NCBI GenBank assembly: GCA_016875335.1
Contig: VGRO01000003.1
Span: 10,343-74,342, forward strand
DNA from: Deltaproteobacteria bacterium
Lineage (GTDB): Bacteria > Myxococcota_A > UBA9042
Length of the DNA: 64,000 nucleotides
Reading direction: 5' to 3'
Every line of letters starts with the position of its first letter. Positions within the stretch are counted from its first letter, which is position 1. This document shows positions 61,626 to 64,000 of this stretch, piece by piece. Below the pieces are notes generated by a model, which did not search any database, had not been told where the DNA came from, and saw only the letters and a list, made by a program, of their open reading frames with translations. The position numbers were made by a program, and so were the translations under genes.

Positions 61626-62909
61626 ATGAACGTACGCCCTCTGCGGACCGCACCCCATTGGCTGGCCCGGGCAGCCGTGCTGCTGACTGTGGCCTGTACA
61701 GGCGCAGGCCACGGCACCACCGCGGGCTCCGACGCCCACGGCTCTGCCGATACGGGCCATGGCCACGCCAAGCTGACCTGGGAACAGCTGGCGCTCGGCT
61801 GCACGCCGATGGGTACCGGCGAGGCCGCCCACATCATGTGCAACCACGGCCACAGCCTGAGCCTGCACAACGACGACCTGTGGTCGCGGCGGCTCTACTT
61901 GCTCGCCCACGGCCACAAGGACCCCCACGAACTGGAGCTGATGCACGCGATGAACGGGCTGCCGCCGCCGCTCACGCCCATCCTCAAGGCGCGGCTGGGC
62001 GAGCGCGTGCGGCTGCGGGTCATCTCGTACGGGCCGCTTTTCCACACCTTCCATGTACACGGCCACGTATGGAACGAGGCGGGCAAGCGCAAGGACGTGC
62101 AGACCATGGGTCCGGCCGAGGTGTACGACGCAGCCGAGTTCTACGCGGGCGCGGGCGCCGACGACCCCGCCGAGCGCGCCGGGCCCGGCGACTGGATGTA
62201 CCACTGCCACGTAGAGACCCACGCCGCGACCGGCATGTGGGGGGTGTTCCGGGTCCTGGAGCCCAAGACCACCGACCTGCCGGGCGCCGACGGCCGCTAC
62301 CCGACGGAGGTGCCGCTGCCGCTCGGCGCTTCCGGGGCGACGGTCGACGTGTACGTGGTGGCGGCCGAGGTGCCGCTGTCGGTTGCGCGGGTGTTCAGCC
62401 CGGCCACCAAGAGCCTGGATCTGGTCGAGCGGCTGGCGCGGCTCTACGTGCCGCAATCCGACGAGGCGACCTTTCTGGCCGCCACCACCAGCAGCGTGCG
62501 CAAGCAGTTGGCGGACAAGAAAGAGTCGTGGACGCCGTGGATCCTGGCGCTGCGCCAGGGCGCCAACGTCCGCGTCCACCTGCGCAACCTGATGCCCGGG
62601 GTGCCGGTGTCGCTGCACCCGCATGGCGTCGCCTACGACAACAAAAACGACGGAACGCTGCCGCAGAACGTCGCGGTGCAGGGTGGTCCGCCGGTGCTGT
62701 ACGAGTGGCGCGCCGACACGCCGGGCACTTGGCCGCTGCACGACCACACCAAGATCATCGAGAACCTGGGCCGCGGCCTGTTCGCGGCCATCGTGGTCAA
62801 GTCGCCCGCCGAGGAGCAGCAGCTGCAGCGCGACTACCTCGTGTTCATGCACGACTACGACATGGACTGGGTGATGGGCAGCGACGAGCCGGGGGGATCC
62901 GGGCACTGA
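61626..62909 (+). CDS. two-domain multicopper oxidase lipoprotein (small-laccase-like, reversed domain order)
   Basis: Lipobox-like LTVAC; HTFHVHGH; WMYHCHVETHAATGM; SLHPHG; WPLHDH. GGAGG precedes the ATG at 61626. Confidence 0.9.
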   Translation: MNVRPLRTAPHWLARAAVLLTVACTGAGHGTTAGSDAHGSADTGHGHAKLTWEQLALGCTPMGTGEAAHIMCNHGHSLSLHNDDLWSRRLYLLAHGHKDPHELELMHAMNGLPPPLTPILKARLGERVRLRVISYGPLFHTFHVHGHVWNEAGKRKDVQTMGPAEVYDAAEFYAGAGADDPAERAGPGDWMYHCHVETHAATGMWGVFRVLEPKTTDLPGADGRYPTEVPLPLGASGATVDVYVVAAEVPLSVARVFSPATKSLDLVERLARLYVPQSDEATFLAATTSSVRKQLADKKESWTPWILALRQGANVRVHLRNLMPGVPVSLHPHGVAYDNKNDGTLPQNVAVQGGPPVLYEWRADTPGTWPLHDHTKIIENLGRGLFAAIVVKSPAEEQQLQRDYLVFMHDYDMDWVMGSDEPGGSGH

Positions 62910-63491
62910 ACGGCGCGGGGGTTTCGTGTGGGTCGGGTCGCCGGTTTGCCCCCTGGGAGGCACTTCACCCGACGAGGCCCATCGCCAGCCTGTGGCGACC
63001 CAGGGCCGTCGGGGAGCAGAACGAGCTGGCGCCGCCGCAGGGCCGCGGGCCGCGGCCGCACAAGAGTTGCTGGCGCGGTTGGTCGCGAGCGGTGTCAGCG
63101 AGGACGAGGCGCGTTGGATGCTGGGCTTGGGGTAGGTGGCCGGGCGTGCTGGTGCGGGTCGCCGGCGCGATTTTCTCCGCGACCGCGCTACGCGCGAGAA
63201 GGGTCAAAGGTCAAAGGGCCCGGCGGCCCTGCGCATGTAGTTCCCAGGCGCGGCAGGGCCCACATTTCCACGAAAAACCGTGGCACGCCTGGTTCTCAGG
63301 GTCAGCCGGCGCCGAACTCGCGCCTGTGGCGGCCTTCGACAACGGCGCCGGACAGCGTCAGGGCCTGGCACAGCGTCTGGGCAGGATCAAGGCCGGCGGG
63401 CCCGTCGGTCGACGCAGTATTCCTTCCGACGACTTCCGAACAACCCCTCGCACAATGGCCCCCCCGGCCCAACGGCGCTACCATCGCCCCC

Positions 63492-64000
63492 ATGTCCAAC
63501 CCAACCCTGAGCCCGCTGCACCCCGCGATCGCCGCCTGGTTCGCCGAGCGGCACGGTGCCCCGACCGCCGTGCAGACGGAAACCTGGCCGGCCATCGCCC
63601 GGGGCGACCACGTGCTGGCGACAGCGCCCACCGGCAGCGGCAAGACCCTGGCCGCGACCTTGATGGCCTTGCAGTCCCTGCTGACCGGGCGCTGGCCGGC
63701 GGGCGAGCTGAGTGTGCTCTACGTCTCGCCGCTCAAGGCGCTGTCGGCCGACGTGCATCGCAACTTGTTGGCGCCCTTGGCGGAACTCGGACCGTGGCTG
63801 CGCGACCGCGGCGTGCGCGCCCCTGCCGTGCGGGTGGCCTTGCGCACCGGCGACACCGCCCAGCGCGACCGGGCCGCGACCCTGCGCACGCCGCCGGAGG
63901 TCCTGGTCACCACGCCCGAGAGCCTGCACATCCTTCTGGTGTCGGCGTCGGGTCGGCGCCTGCTCGCGCAGGTGCGGCTGTGCATCCTGGACGAAATCCA
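63492..64000 (+). CDS. lhr: Lhr-family DEAD/DEAH helicase, 5' part; runs off the window edge
   Basis: Not in the ORF track. Manual translation gives LHPAIAAWF....GAPT.VQ..TWPAI..G.HVL.TAPTGSGKTLAA, LYVSPLKALS.D..RNL, RTGDT, LVTTPESL, ILDEI. Confidence 0.9.
   Translation, partial: MSNPTLSPLHPAIAAWFAERHGAPTAVQTETWPAIARGDHVLATAPTGSGKTLAATLMALQSLLTGRWPAGELSVLYVSPLKALSADVHRNLLAPLAELGPWLRDRGVRAPAVRVALRTGDTAQRDRAATLRTPPEVLVTTPESLHILLVSASGRRLLAQVRLCILDEI

Noticed and set aside
63201-63216. GGTCAAA x2 short repeat in the oxidase-lhr gap
   Set aside because: Two 7-bp units with no supporting context; plausible by chance.

Overview
High-GC bacterial chromosomal segment. The gene content (Cys-rich repeat/LamG surface lipoprotein, Ser/Thr kinase, PP2C, MepA and HEAT-repeat proteins) points to a Myxococcota/Deltaproteobacteria-like organism; this is inference. 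Positions 4.3-23.1 kb hold the minus-strand str-S10-spc-alpha ribosomal supercluster. It is rearranged: tuf, rplC, rpmD and map are missing from their usual slots, near-consensus sigma70 promoters precede long hairpin-rich leaders at rpsL and rplO, and RpoA carries a ~25-aa insertion. The rest mixes housekeeping genes (wecB, rluB, lnt, pgsA, dapA, secA, aspS, lhr) with accessory loci. The best candidates for undescribed systems are: (1) a translationally coupled 5-gene atypical signalling operon (H-box-only protein, GSYTGS-type enhancer-binding regulator, TPR-sensor kinase, atypical receiver, VOC/methylmalonyl-CoA epimerase); (2) a SAM methyltransferase coupled to a DUF692 (MNIO)-DUF2063-like fusion with no visible precursor peptide, tail-to-tail with a 1602-aa Cys-rich lipoprotein; (3) a YtkA-like gene plus a two-domain multicopper oxidase whose SLAC-type domains are in reversed order. 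No rRNA, tRNA, CRISPR array or intact mobile element was recognised. All family calls are motif recognition by eye; no database search was run.
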